Source: Candidatus Thorarchaeota archaeon
GTDB taxonomy: Archaea > Asgardarchaeota > Thorarchaeia > Thorarchaeales > Thorarchaeaceae
Assembly (NCBI GenBank): GCA_046482545.1
Contig: JAWOEX010000028.1
Span: 96,001-160,000, forward strand
Reading direction: 5' to 3'
Length of the DNA stretch: 64,000 nucleotides
Numbering within the stretch: the first letter of the stretch is position 1; every line of letters begins with the position of its first letter. Shown piece after piece: positions 51,991-62,031 of the stretch. The position numbers and the translations under genes were made by a program. A model generated the notes under the pieces. The model did no database searches, was not told the DNA's origin, and was given only the letters and a program-made list of their open reading frames with translations.

Positions 51991-53046
51991 GTGAGTGAAC
52001 CCCTACGAACAGATGAACTCGTCGAGAGATTGTTGGTTATCTCGACCCTGAACTCAACCCTCATACACTTCCTCCTCAGCTCGGAAATCGAGGGCAGAAT
52101 AGACCCCGACCGGGTCGACTCGTTAACGCAAGGTCTCAAGCGGACAAGAAAGTGGATGGAGAACGCTACAACCGCAAATGGTATTTCTGACTCGGAAGCA
52201 AACATTATGGGTCTCATCATAAAGCGGCTATCCCAAATTGAGAATCTTCTACCGAGACTGGCTGAACGCGAGAAGCTTGCAAGAATCAGAGGGAGACCTG
52301 CTACGGAAATCCTTTCTCTACTGGAAGGAGAAACCATGCGTGAGCCAGAGCGTGTTGCATCTCATGTTTCATCCACTTCGGATGCGATCCAAGTCACAGA
52401 TGAAATCCAGCCCCCAGAGGAAGAACCATACAGAAGAGTTGACATAGAAGATGACGAATGGGGGCTTATCGGTAGCACTCAACGTATGATTAACCAGTAC
52501 GCTAAGCGGTGCCACATTCTACTGCCTGCATTCTGGCTGGAAGTCCTGAAAGAACTCCATCGGTACAAATCAAATTCGCCATACATCGGCGATGTCATCG
52601 AAATACCGGCGAAAGTTATTGTACGAATCATACGGGGCTTGCTCACGGAGGCACCAGGAGCTAGACTGCTTCAAGACCTTCACAAGAAACGACCACCTGA
52701 AAAGGAGCTTATGCCAGAGGAGCTCGAACGAATTGAACGCGCAGTTGCGATATATTTCTCAGGGGTAGAACCCGTTCTGGTTGAAGAGGATGTTAATGTC
52801 AGGGAGAAAGTGCTTCAAGCCCAGACTACTTTTGATAGTTTTGATTGGGGCGGACCAGACCTAGAGAAGCGTATCATCAAGCGGCTTAATCAACGGTGTG
52901 AAGAAACACTCAGAAATGCAGAGACCGATACTGATGCTACAAGACAAATCATCTATGCTGAAACATCCAAGCTCCTCTGCAAACTTGAGCTCGCTCTCCT
53001 AGCTGAGCACAGATTCAGAGAAGTACTCGCTCAAATGAAACCATAA
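51991..53046 (+). CDS. Hypothetical helical protein (351 aa)
   Basis: Long ORF (GTG start), two helical regions joined by a polar linker; no family recognised. Confidence 0.72.
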   Translation: MSEPLRTDELVERLLVISTLNSTLIHFLLSSEIEGRIDPDRVDSLTQGLKRTRKWMENATTANGISDSEANIMGLIIKRLSQIENLLPRLAEREKLARIRGRPATEILSLLEGETMREPERVASHVSSTSDAIQVTDEIQPPEEEPYRRVDIEDDEWGLIGSTQRMINQYAKRCHILLPAFWLEVLKELHRYKSNSPYIGDVIEIPAKVIVRIIRGLLTEAPGARLLQDLHKKRPPEKELMPEELERIERAVAIYFSGVEPVLVEEDVNVREKVLQAQTTFDSFDWGGPDLEKRIIKRLNQRCEETLRNAETDTDATRQIIYAETSKLLCKLELALLAEHRFREVLAQMKP

Positions 53047-53141
53047 AATGTCTGCATCATTCTTTTGGATATTAGGCCTCTATAGATAGCACCGAGCGTA
53101 ATTCCTCCCGTGACTGATTTGCACTCCACATCCGCCGGAAT

Positions 53142-54692
53142 TCATGGAAGAGGTGGCGTGATTTGTGTATCCTTCTCCCATTCAACCGAGTAGGTATAAT
53201 CGATGGCGGTCTTTTCCTCGGCAAGAATTTCAAACTCCCATTCTATGACACCTAGCTCAATGCTCTTGTACTCGCGATTGACATCTTCGAGTTCTACGCT
53301 GATTCGATCTGAGTCGCTGTGTGGAATACGATCGATGATTCGTACATTGATAGCTTCTTTGGCAAAGCTCTCGAGTTCCAACCGATAGGTGTACTCCCGT
53401 TGTTTCTTGCCTCTTGTTAATCCAGCCCGCTCAGTCTCTTTCTCAAGCATCTTTTTCTCACCCTGCACGTCATACGCTCCTCGGGTACCCAGATAGAATT
53501 CCTCCCGCGGAGCCACTGTCGAAATTGCAGTTTCACTTAGGAAGTCACCGTCAGAATAGACCTTCATCTTTCCAGGAATGATTAGCGAGTCACCATTGAT
53601 GATGCGATTCTGAATGACAAATTCATCCATAGCATATGCGTTCCAATAATAGACTTCTTCGCTGTCAAATTCCTCTTCGAGCAAGGTGACTGGATGCTGG
53701 TCCCTATCGGCAGGAATCGACACCTCTCCGGGAACTTGAAACACCATACCTCCGCTTGCAGTCTCAGAAACTCTTGCAGAGGTGGTCCTCATTTCTTCAA
53801 GGTTTCCGTACGATTTCTCCATATGCGCGATTACATCTTCAACTCTATCGAGAGGTCTTTCCGTATCCGATCGCCTGGTCTGGATGTAGAGGGGGTCAGC
53901 CTCGACTCTGCTTACAGGTTTGGCCGACGCAGTTGATACTGTCAGTTCTACTTCAGCCCAGTCTTCGAGGCTATGATTCCATACCAGAGCAAGTCTCTTC
54001 AAGGCGGTTTTATTGCTCATGAGGTCTATGTCATACTGAGGTAGCCATCGAGCTTCCCGAACTTGATATGTCACCTTGAAGTGAACGACGCATTCTTCTT
54101 CTACGTCCAAGCCTATTCTCACTTCTTTTGTCGATTCTATTTTTCGTTCTCCCTCGATTCGTTGTAAAGAAGATCTGACTGCGGCTATCTTGGCATCAAT
54201 CTCTTTCATTTTTGCCCTTGACTCTCGGAGACTTGCATGTGCTTCGGTACGCATAGCGGTGGTTTTCTCATCAATGGCTGCCATTGCACTGATTTCACTA
54301 TCACCAAATGCATATCGCTTCCCAAACTCTTCAGAGAAAGTATTTAGCATAATCTGTAGACGCTCTATCCGCCCCTCTTCGATGGCAATTTCTTCACTAA
54401 TGCCGTTTCTCTCATCTTCGAGCTTTCTTAGCTTGTTTCTGAGCGTCTCTGTATCACCTCCTGGCTGAAAGATTTCCTTGCGCGTATCTACCTTTATCCC
54501 ACGGATAGTTGCCTTCCCGGTCCCTTTCAGACGGAAGCTATCGTCTTCAGCAAAGTGTGTTATTCCACCTACTACGATTTCCTGCTTTCCTTGACTAAGT
54601 GATGCTTCTCCCATTCTTGTTATTCGGGCCCCATCTACAAATACCGTGACTCTCTCAACTGGTGCTTCTACAATCGTAGCCAAATCATTCAC
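53142..54692 (-). CDS. DUF4140-DUF4139 (mucoidy inhibitor MuiA-like) protein
   Basis: VTVFVDGARITR, central coiled coil, VTYQV..ARW.PQYD, W..VELTVSTA, DRIP.S. Confidence 0.88.
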   Translation of the reverse strand: MNDLATIVEAPVERVTVFVDGARITRMGEASLSQGKQEIVVGGITHFAEDDSFRLKGTGKATIRGIKVDTRKEIFQPGGDTETLRNKLRKLEDERNGISEEIAIEEGRIERLQIMLNTFSEEFGKRYAFGDSEISAMAAIDEKTTAMRTEAHASLRESRAKMKEIDAKIAAVRSSLQRIEGERKIESTKEVRIGLDVEEECVVHFKVTYQVREARWLPQYDIDLMSNKTALKRLALVWNHSLEDWAEVELTVSTASAKPVSRVEADPLYIQTRRSDTERPLDRVEDVIAHMEKSYGNLEEMRTTSARVSETASGGMVFQVPGEVSIPADRDQHPVTLLEEEFDSEEVYYWNAYAMDEFVIQNRIINGDSLIIPGKMKVYSDGDFLSETAISTVAPREEFYLGTRGAYDVQGEKKMLEKETERAGLTRGKKQREYTYRLELESFAKEAINVRIIDRIPHSDSDRISVELEDVNREYKSIELGVIEWEFEILAEEKTAIDYTYSVEWEKDTQITPPLP

Positions 54693-54695
54693 ATC

Positions 54696-56294
54696 CTAGG
54701 GCAGAGGAGGATAAACCGCTCTGCCTCGTTTCCACTCTATCACATACTCGTACTCAATGATGTGTTTCTCCTCACTTGGAATTTTTAGATGCCAAGTGAA
54801 TACTCCTAAGCGATGTTTGTCCGGATTAACCTTCTTAAGGTCAGTTTTAACTCTAAGGTCGGGTTCATTACTGTGGGGAATGCGATCTACCACTTCAATC
54901 TCGATAGTTCTCTTGGATAAGTTCTCTATCGTCAGCCGATACACGTATTCCCTTCTGAGCTTGCCTCTAGTCAGGCCAGCTTTCTCAATGTTTTTGTCTA
55001 TCAATTTCTTCTCAGCTTTGACGTGATGTGCGATCCGCGTCCCAAGAGTCCTCTTCTCGCGAGGTGAAGTGAAAGGTATGCTTGTTTCACCAACATATTC
55101 ACCATCGGCGTAGATTTTGGCCGTTCCGGCCATCAAGGCACTGTTTCCATTAACAACCTCATTCTCTGCTACAACTTCCATCATGCCATCTGGATACCAG
55201 TAGTATATGGTCTTTGAATCAAGCTTCTCAGTACTTAGGTCTACAGGTTTCTTCTCTCCCGCTTCTATAGTGACTGGAGAAGGAAGCTCATAGCGTGAGA
55301 TGCCACCTTCCACTTCTTGGAATTCAGCCTCCTCAATTGCCATTTCAGCTTCCGGAGGGGGAGCTGCAGCCTTCTTTGGTTCTGCTGCCGGCATTGCAGC
55401 CCTGACACCACCTCCACGTGCCGCCATTTTCTTCTTCGATGGCCTTGGAACAAATTCTCTCAGAATCAGGGGTCTTCCTTCTACCGCATCTACCGGCCTT
55501 GCTTTTGCACTCGAAACAACCAGATCAATATCCTGCCAGTCCTCACCAGTTTGGTTATGAACAACTGCAATCCTTCTGACTTCTGCTTCGGATTCAATTA
55601 GGTTGATATCGTAGTTTGGCTCCCAAGATGCAGAAGAGCACTGGTAAGAAACATTCAGCACAATATTAGTGGTCTCTTGTACATCAAGATTGACTCGTAC
55701 CTCATACGTGTTTTCGGTCAATTGTTCCGCCGACTTGTCAGCGATCTTATGCTTGAGAACCTGTATTTGGCTGATTACGTCCTTTCTTTTCTTTGACAAA
55801 TGATTGAGCTCTTCCTTAATGGCTCGAATCAATTTCAGAGACTCTGCCTCCATCTCAGTGAGTTTCTGGATTCCCACTTCTCCTCCGGCGAACGTACGGC
55901 CAAATGTATCATAAAAGTCACCAATAACAGCATTCACCACACTTAACCGGGCTTCGTTAATCTCGATTTGATCATCGATTTCATTCAGCTTTCTCTCAAG
56001 ACCTCGAAGCTCTTCTCTCAGAACAGATACATCTGCTTCAGGGGAGACAACTTTGGTTTGTTTAATCACCTCGAAATTGGAGATTGTTGCTGCCCCCGTT
56101 CCTGTTACTCGAAAACTGTCTCTTGACGCATCGATGGTTATACCCCGCATCCAAATCTCACGCGAGCCAGTCTCAAGTTTCGTACTGCCGGTTCTGGTTA
56201 CTATAGCACCATCTAACAGGACGCTGACCCTAGTAACCTCAGTCTTCAAGTCGGTCAAAATAATCTGCCTGTTGTTTTTAGACATAGGCGACAT
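54696..56294 (-). CDS. DUF4140-DUF4139 (MuiA-like) protein, tandem paralog
   Basis: VSVLLDGAIVTR, SYQCSSASWEPNYD, NQTGEDW..I.L.VSSA, DRIPHS. Confidence 0.88.
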   Translation of the reverse strand: MSPMSKNNRQIILTDLKTEVTRVSVLLDGAIVTRTGSTKLETGSREIWMRGITIDASRDSFRVTGTGAATISNFEVIKQTKVVSPEADVSVLREELRGLERKLNEIDDQIEINEARLSVVNAVIGDFYDTFGRTFAGGEVGIQKLTEMEAESLKLIRAIKEELNHLSKKRKDVISQIQVLKHKIADKSAEQLTENTYEVRVNLDVQETTNIVLNVSYQCSSASWEPNYDINLIESEAEVRRIAVVHNQTGEDWQDIDLVVSSAKARPVDAVEGRPLILREFVPRPSKKKMAARGGGVRAAMPAAEPKKAAAPPPEAEMAIEEAEFQEVEGGISRYELPSPVTIEAGEKKPVDLSTEKLDSKTIYYWYPDGMMEVVAENEVVNGNSALMAGTAKIYADGEYVGETSIPFTSPREKRTLGTRIAHHVKAEKKLIDKNIEKAGLTRGKLRREYVYRLTIENLSKRTIEIEVVDRIPHSNEPDLRVKTDLKKVNPDKHRLGVFTWHLKIPSEEKHIIEYEYVIEWKRGRAVYPPLP

Positions 56295-56495
56295 TTATCT
56301 TTTGAGTCTGGGGTTTTATTGGAGTCACTCGTGAAAAGCCTGTAGTTATGAATATATCTAGGCATGAAAACGGAAATATTTAGAGATTTGGCATTTTCAA
56401 ATTTGAATACTTCAGATTCTTACTTCTCTGTTCTCTTTTCACACAGGACACTTGTTAACCGAGTATTTATATGGATTCATGTATCTAGATGATTA

Positions 56496-56516
56496 ATATG
56501 TAGACAATCTACATAT
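56496..56516. promoter_or_regulatory. Palindromic operator, probably bound by the downstream PadR regulator
   Basis: Perfect inverted repeat ATATGTAGA-caa-TCTACATAT about 24 nt downstream of TTTATAT (56466-56472). Confidence 0.55.
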
Positions 56517-56528
56517 GGAGATGATGAT

Positions 56529-57020
56529 ATGGCTAATCTAATCGTTTTGGTTCTCGTACGATTCTTCCATAACCTATTCACAGTCATGTGGATTGGAGGC
56601 ATGCTGATGCTGGCTATTTGCGTAATGCCCGCTATTCGTAAGAATACTGAAAAACCAGGAAGATCCAAGCTCTTGTCGGCGATACAACAACGCGTGAATA
56701 AGATAGTAGGTATCAGTATCTTGGGCCTTTTTGTCACTGGAGTCTTGATGAGCAATTTCGCTCCCCTTTTCCAAGGCTATCTTTCTATTGCAAATCAGTA
56801 TTCATTCATACTCACTTTGAAACACGTGACAGTAGGCCTTATGATCATAATTACATTCCTAAGAAATTGGCTTACATCTGCTAAGAAAACAAAAGAGAAA
56901 CCTGGACAACCGAGAATTACAGCGATTCTTTTGATTGTAAACCTCTTCCTTGGTCTTGTGGTGCTGCTGCTAAGTGGCTGGACAGCTGCCCTCACTTCAA
57001 TCCTAGCTAGTTCCAGTTGA
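56529..57020 (+). CDS. CopD/DUF4149-like four-TM membrane protein
   Basis: FFHNLFTVMWIGGML, LFVTG, Y..IL.LKH. Confidence 0.75.
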   Translation: MANLIVLVLVRFFHNLFTVMWIGGMLMLAICVMPAIRKNTEKPGRSKLLSAIQQRVNKIVGISILGLFVTGVLMSNFAPLFQGYLSIANQYSFILTLKHVTVGLMIIITFLRNWLTSAKKTKEKPGQPRITAILLIVNLFLGLVVLLLSGWTAALTSILASSS

Positions 57021-57090
57021 TTCACGTCTAACTCTTTCCGGAAGACAACGGAGAACGTTTCATCTTGAAAATCAGAGGAATTTACGAGGC

Positions 57091-57465
57091 ATGAATGACG
57101 CAAGTAACAGCGAACCAACAGATTCACTAGATCCGCTGCCTTTAGTTCGGGCAATACTCCTTTCGGAGATATGGGCTAATCCGGGCTCTTCAGGGTATGA
57201 TCTGATGAAGCTGAGCTCTGAGCTCATAGATTCATACGTGCCAATACAATCCGGTACTGTGTATGGAGAGCTTCGTAATATGCAGAAAGAGGAACTAGTA
57301 ATCTCCAAGCAAGAAGACTCAGGTAGGCGTCGACGCGAATACAGAATCACGGAAAGAGGGAAGAAGACTCTGGAAAGGCTCTATACGCAAATCAAGTCAA
57401 GAGTGGAATATGTACTCACACCATTGCTCTCGCTGATTCAATCACTCACACAAGGTGGTTCATAA
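57091..57465 (+). CDS. PadR family transcriptional regulator
   Basis: GYDLMK, SGTVYGEL, GRRRREYRITERG. Confidence 0.9.
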   Translation: MNDASNSEPTDSLDPLPLVRAILLSEIWANPGSSGYDLMKLSSELIDSYVPIQSGTVYGELRNMQKEELVISKQEDSGRRRREYRITERGKKTLERLYTQIKSRVEYVLTPLLSLIQSLTQGGS

Positions 57466-57578
57466 TAACAACTAGAATCAGGCGGTAAGCGATTAGCTTC
57501 TGCGTTTGACGGAGTAACACCGGCAAAGTAATTGACTATCAGATTCACCTGCTGTGTCGATTTAGGGGGCAATGGGCT

Positions 57579-58142
57579 TTAATGCTCGGTCGCCCTCTGA
57601 AATGCTGCTATTTTTTCCGGATGCCACGGGATATTGCTTAGAGTGGGTGGATTGGATTTCACCAATGCGGGAAGGATACACAACTCAGACGCAGCTAGGA
57701 GCGCCTGTATTTTTGTTCTGACATCGCCTACAGAATCGTTTCTTTGAATAGGCTCAAGATTGGCGATCCCAAAGCCTTCAAGCAGAGACGGATAGTTGAG
57801 AGTCTCAGAAGTAGTTTGCTGATGCCCTGTTGTAGCATATTCGTTATTATCGAGGACTAGAATCCTCAGATTCCGCGGACGCACGAAAGAAGTAGTTGCT
57901 AGAGAGCCTAATCCCATCAACAAATTGCCATCTCCAGCAATAACGAGAACTCGTTTTTCAGGGCAGGATAGTGCCACTCCTAGACCAACTGGAATCCCTA
58001 ATCCCATACTCCCCCGCAAGTAGATTTGGGGTCGCGGTAAGTAATGATAGACTTGCCTGCTAATATTTCCGTTTGTACTGACTATTACGTCATCTCCAGT
58101 TAGGAATTGTGCAATCTCTTGGATTATCTCATAGCCATACAT
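57579..58142 (-). CDS. comE: Sulfopyruvate/phosphonopyruvate decarboxylase beta subunit (TPP-binding)
   Basis: NGNISR, GSMGLG, GDGNLLM, LDNNEYATTGHQ. Confidence 0.8.
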   Translation of the reverse strand: MYGYEIIQEIAQFLTGDDVIVSTNGNISRQVYHYLPRPQIYLRGSMGLGIPVGLGVALSCPEKRVLVIAGDGNLLMGLGSLATTSFVRPRNLRILVLDNNEYATTGHQQTTSETLNYPSLLEGFGIANLEPIQRNDSVGDVRTKIQALLAASELCILPALVKSNPPTLSNIPWHPEKIAAFQRATEH

Positions 58143-58144
58143 GG

Positions 58145-58651
58145 TTATCCCACTACTCCCTTCCTTACTATTAGAGCTACAGGTCTCGATGTTTCCTCTA
58201 GTTTGACGATTGCTTTCTCCAGAGTCTGTCGCCAGCCTTTCTCTTCAAGATTCCAGAACGGAACACGATAGCACTCCAATGCATCTTCAGTCAATTCACC
58301 CATTAGGGAGTGTTCAGGAAAGCCATTATCAGGTTTGAGGCCTCGATAACTGACAATCAGTAACATTGGCAATTTATACAGCTGAGCGAGAGAAGTCAAC
58401 GCATCACCAATTGTGGCATATCCTGAATTTTGCATTACTATAAAGGCCCTTCCGCCGCCTAGCGCCACTCCTGAGGCAATTCCTACTGCTTCGTCCTCTC
58501 TTGTGGCTGGCACGTATTTGACCGAGTCTAGTTCGCCAAGTTCGTTTAACAACGGAGCGAAATATGAACAAGGCACGCCAGTGCCAAATGAAAAGCCATT
58601 CTCGAGTAGGAACGTCAGGAAATCTCTTGCGTCAATCATCACTATGGTCAT
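58145..58651 (-). CDS. comD: Sulfopyruvate/phosphonopyruvate decarboxylase alpha subunit
   Basis: GVPCS, TREDEAVGIASG, MQNSG, SYRG, EH..MG. Confidence 0.8.
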   Translation of the reverse strand: MTIVMIDARDFLTFLLENGFSFGTGVPCSYFAPLLNELGELDSVKYVPATREDEAVGIASGVALGGGRAFIVMQNSGYATIGDALTSLAQLYKLPMLLIVSYRGLKPDNGFPEHSLMGELTEDALECYRVPFWNLEEKGWRQTLEKAIVKLEETSRPVALIVRKGVVG

Positions 58652-58798
58652 GAGGTCACTATTCTTTAAGTATACTGCTTGAGAGGCGCATATTCATCAG
58701 CTGTTTTGTGGTCGCCGACTAATTTTCTCTAGGTTAGGAGGGGCATTTAATATAAGGAACTGTTTCATAGAAACCTCAATACATTAAGAGGATGAACC

Positions 58799-60202
58799 AT
58801 GCTAAATCTGGAAACTATGCTCAATCCTGAATCCGCTGCTGTACTCGGAGTATCAACAACAAATGCATTTTCACCAGGCTCAGTGATTTTCAGGAAGCTC
58901 GCTTTCGAAAACGACCTACCAACATATCCCATCAATCCTAAGGGCGGCAAAGTAGAAGGTAGAGAGGTGTACAAGTCAATAGGCGATGCGCCGGATGTTG
59001 ATTTGGCGGTCATATCAATCCCCGCTAAGTATGTCCCTTCGGCGCTTGAAGATTGCGGAAAGAAAGGGATAAAGGCGGTCATAGTGGTTTCTGGTGGGTT
59101 CAGTGAAACTGGGGAGACTGGGAAGACTCTGCAACATGATATTGTCAATATTGCCGATAAGTACGAAATGACAATGGTTGGACCTAACTGCATCGGTGTT
59201 TATGTTCCGAACATGCTCGATACGTTCTTTTTGCCCTCTGAGCGAGTAGCTAGACCTCGTAAAGGATCGGTTGCGATAGTATCTCAGAGTGGTGGTTGGC
59301 TCATTGAAAGACTGGAAGAATTCGCTCACCGCGACGTTGGTATAGCCGCAGCCGTTTCAATTGGAAATGCAGCACAAACCAATGTCACTGACCTAGTAGC
59401 CCATTTTGGTTCAAAACCGGAAGTGAGCACGATTCTCGCTTATCTAGAAGGATTCAGCCCAAGCGGTGGGAGAAAATTTGTTAAGAAATGTAGAGAGGTG
59501 TCTCCTGAGAAACCTGTCATTGTGCTCAAAGGAGGGGATTCAGACGCGGGCCAAAGAGCGACACAGAGCCATACTTCTTCTCTTGCAGGCAATAATCGAA
59601 TTGCCGTCTCGGCATTCAAGCAATATGGAGTGCTCGATGCTGTAGATGAAGATGAAGTCATGGCATATTCGAAAGTGTTCTCGTTCAAGCCAAATCGTAT
59701 GAGAGGACCAAAAGTGGGGGTTCTCAGCGTGAGTGGTGGGCACGGTGTCATCGCCTCAGACGAAGCTGAACACTACGGACTAGAGTTTCCGCGTTTCCGC
59801 AAAGAACACCAAGAAGCCATGAGAGAAGCCATGACCCCCGCTTATCGAGATATATCGTCATTTATCAATCCGTGCGATCTCACAGGTAGCGCTTCCGATA
59901 TTGATTATGAGCGTGTTCTGGATGTTATGTTGGAAATCGAGTATATTGATGCTGCGCTCCTCCTCCTGTTACCATATGCACCCGGTATATCGCTGCAAAT
60001 AGGTGCGAAAGTAGCCAATGTAGCAAAAGAACACGATAAAACTGTAGTAGCCTATGTGCCAAATCTCAGGAAGTATGAGGTCATAATTCGGGGATTCGAG
60101 CTTAACGGAATTCCGTGTGGTGACACAATTGAAGAGGCAGTTCAAATGCTGAATGGTATCAGACAGCATTCCGAATTCCTGCAACGCATAGGGCATCTAT
60201 GA
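58799..60202 (+). CDS. acdA: ADP-forming acyl-CoA synthetase alpha subunit
   Basis: YPINPK, SGGFSETG, VGPNCIG, SQSGG, YLEG, SHTSSLAG (phospho-His), NPCDLTG. Confidence 0.88.
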   Translation: MLNLETMLNPESAAVLGVSTTNAFSPGSVIFRKLAFENDLPTYPINPKGGKVEGREVYKSIGDAPDVDLAVISIPAKYVPSALEDCGKKGIKAVIVVSGGFSETGETGKTLQHDIVNIADKYEMTMVGPNCIGVYVPNMLDTFFLPSERVARPRKGSVAIVSQSGGWLIERLEEFAHRDVGIAAAVSIGNAAQTNVTDLVAHFGSKPEVSTILAYLEGFSPSGGRKFVKKCREVSPEKPVIVLKGGDSDAGQRATQSHTSSLAGNNRIAVSAFKQYGVLDAVDEDEVMAYSKVFSFKPNRMRGPKVGVLSVSGGHGVIASDEAEHYGLEFPRFRKEHQEAMREAMTPAYRDISSFINPCDLTGSASDIDYERVLDVMLEIEYIDAALLLLLPYAPGISLQIGAKVANVAKEHDKTVVAYVPNLRKYEVIIRGFELNGIPCGDTIEEAVQMLNGIRQHSEFLQRIGHL

Positions 60203-60231
60203 CTCACATCAGTAACTAAACTGTAAGATAT

Positions 60232-61362
60232 TCAGTAGATGTGCATATAGCTGCGATAATCAAGCCCTAGAGCTTTCAAGAGCTCGAATAGGCTCCCGCC
60301 AAGAATCAATCGTGACCTTCTCAGCTCCTCTACTGTCTGCGCTCCAATCAGATACATGCTGACTCGTATAGATTCGATCATTTGCTCCAGTAGTTCGACG
60401 AGGTCGTGGGAGGTTCCTCTTACAGCCGCATCTAATAATGGATGGGCCAATCCTGCCGCAACAGCTCCTAGCGAAACACATTTGGCCACATCAAGGCCGC
60501 TTCTAATGCCTCCTGTAGCCATAATCGGAATCTCAGTACCTTCCAAAGCCATGATGAGGCTCAGGGCCGTTGGAATGCCCCAGTCCCAGAACTCCTGGCC
60601 CAAGTGAGCCTTTGTAGAATCCCCATCTCGTAAGGCTCTATAGTATTCCACCGCAGACCAGCTTGTCCCACCAGCACCACCAACATCGATAGCGGCTACT
60701 CCCGCCTCCTGAAGAGACCTTGCTGCATCGGCGGATATGCCTGCGCCTGTTTCTTTGACAATCACGGGGACTTCTACAGCATCTACTATTTCTCTTATGC
60801 TTGCAAGAACACCACGTGAATCGCAATCACCCTCTGGCTGGACCGCTTCTTGTAAGGTATTCAGATGAATCGCCAGCAGGTCAGCATCAATCATATTGAC
60901 TGCATCAGACGCGTTACGAACATGGGTCGCGCCTATATTGGCAATTATCGGGACAGAAGGTGCTGATTCCCTGACAACTCTAAATGTGTCCTCGAGCGAT
61001 GGATTCTCCAGAGCCGCACGTTGACTTCCTACACCGATGGGCAAGCCAACTGTTTCAGCAGCTTCGGCAAGCCGCTTGTTTATTGTGTAGGTTTTGGGGT
61101 GACCACCAGTCATCGCAGCTATCACGATTGGTGCTGCCGCTTCAAGACCGATGAAATCGATTGTCAAGTCAATATCGTCTTTGCTAATCTCTGGAATTGC
61201 ATTATGAATGAATGAAACGTCTTCCAGAAGCGTTGGTCGAGTATATTGAACATCTTCCTCAAGACAAATCTCGATGTGCTCCAATTTTCGTTTCTGAGTC
61301 GCTCTAGCTTCAGGTGAATCTGAATCTAATCCATGTTCCGGCTTGGATTGATCTTTCGCCAT
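60232..61362 (-). CDS. fni: Isopentenyl-diphosphate delta-isomerase type 2 (FMN-dependent)
   Basis: RKLEHI, AMTGG, GSQR, HLN.LQE.VQPEGD, KETGAG, GGTSW, GGIRSG; start taken at MAKDQ (61362). Confidence 0.95.
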   Translation of the reverse strand: MAKDQSKPEHGLDSDSPEARATQKRKLEHIEICLEEDVQYTRPTLLEDVSFIHNAIPEISKDDIDLTIDFIGLEAAAPIVIAAMTGGHPKTYTINKRLAEAAETVGLPIGVGSQRAALENPSLEDTFRVVRESAPSVPIIANIGATHVRNASDAVNMIDADLLAIHLNTLQEAVQPEGDCDSRGVLASIREIVDAVEVPVIVKETGAGISADAARSLQEAGVAAIDVGGAGGTSWSAVEYYRALRDGDSTKAHLGQEFWDWGIPTALSLIMALEGTEIPIMATGGIRSGLDVAKCVSLGAVAAGLAHPLLDAAVRGTSHDLVELLEQMIESIRVSMYLIGAQTVEELRRSRLILGGSLFELLKALGLDYRSYMHIY

Positions 61363-61512
61363 GGTGATTCTCCGGAGAAACCAACTAATACACCATACAT
61401 AGCGGTTTTGGTTATAGCCAGTTAGGAACGTATACATGCATACGAAAGGAAAACTTGCGCCATGCGAAGCCTTTATCCAAGAGACGTGCATCTCTTACAA
61501 AGGGATTCATCT

Positions 61513-62031
61513 ATGGATGATGATGAAACATATCGGCTAGAGGAGGCCGATGAAAGAGAACAAAGGACTGGAATCTCAAAGCCCCTTCCAGAAGCACCAA
61601 CGAAAAAGGGAAAGCCCATCGTAAACTTCCTTGGAATTTCTATGGAAGAGAATCGAAGAGATTTACTCGTTTTTGTTATAACACCGATAATAGTAGGACT
61701 TGCTGATGCTGCTATTTTTGCTAGGATAACAACAGGTACTATCGCCCAAAGTCAAGTATTCATTTTCGTATTGCCGATGTTCGCCGCTATTCCTGTTGGA
61801 TTGTTACTGCCCAGGGCAGGCAGGGCTCTGATCGGTGGATTTCTCTCTGCAATATACTTCGCAATTTTATTCGTCCTGTTTCTCATCAGCCCCGCATTCT
61901 ATGACCCAACGAGTGGAATAGGGAGTTTCTTCATTTCCGCTGTCGCCATAACCGCTGGATACTTCTTTTTCGTGAGCATGGCATCCCTTCTGGGAGTGTT
62001 TATTGGACTTCTGTTGCGGGAATTCTTCTAG
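61513..62031 (+). CDS. Hypothetical four-TM membrane protein
   Basis: Hydrophobic helices after a polar N-terminus; start taken at MDDDE. Confidence 0.7.
   Translation: MDDDETYRLEEADEREQRTGISKPLPEAPTKKGKPIVNFLGISMEENRRDLLVFVITPIIVGLADAAIFARITTGTIAQSQVFIFVLPMFAAIPVGLLLPRAGRALIGGFLSAIYFAILFVLFLISPAFYDPTSGIGSFFISAVAITAGYFFFVSMASLLGVFIGLLLREFF

Noticed and set aside
61363-61512. N-terminal extensions of fni (to 61491) and of the 61462 ORF
   Set aside because: They overlap each other head-to-head across a promoter-like region; the downstream ATGs give more plausible starts
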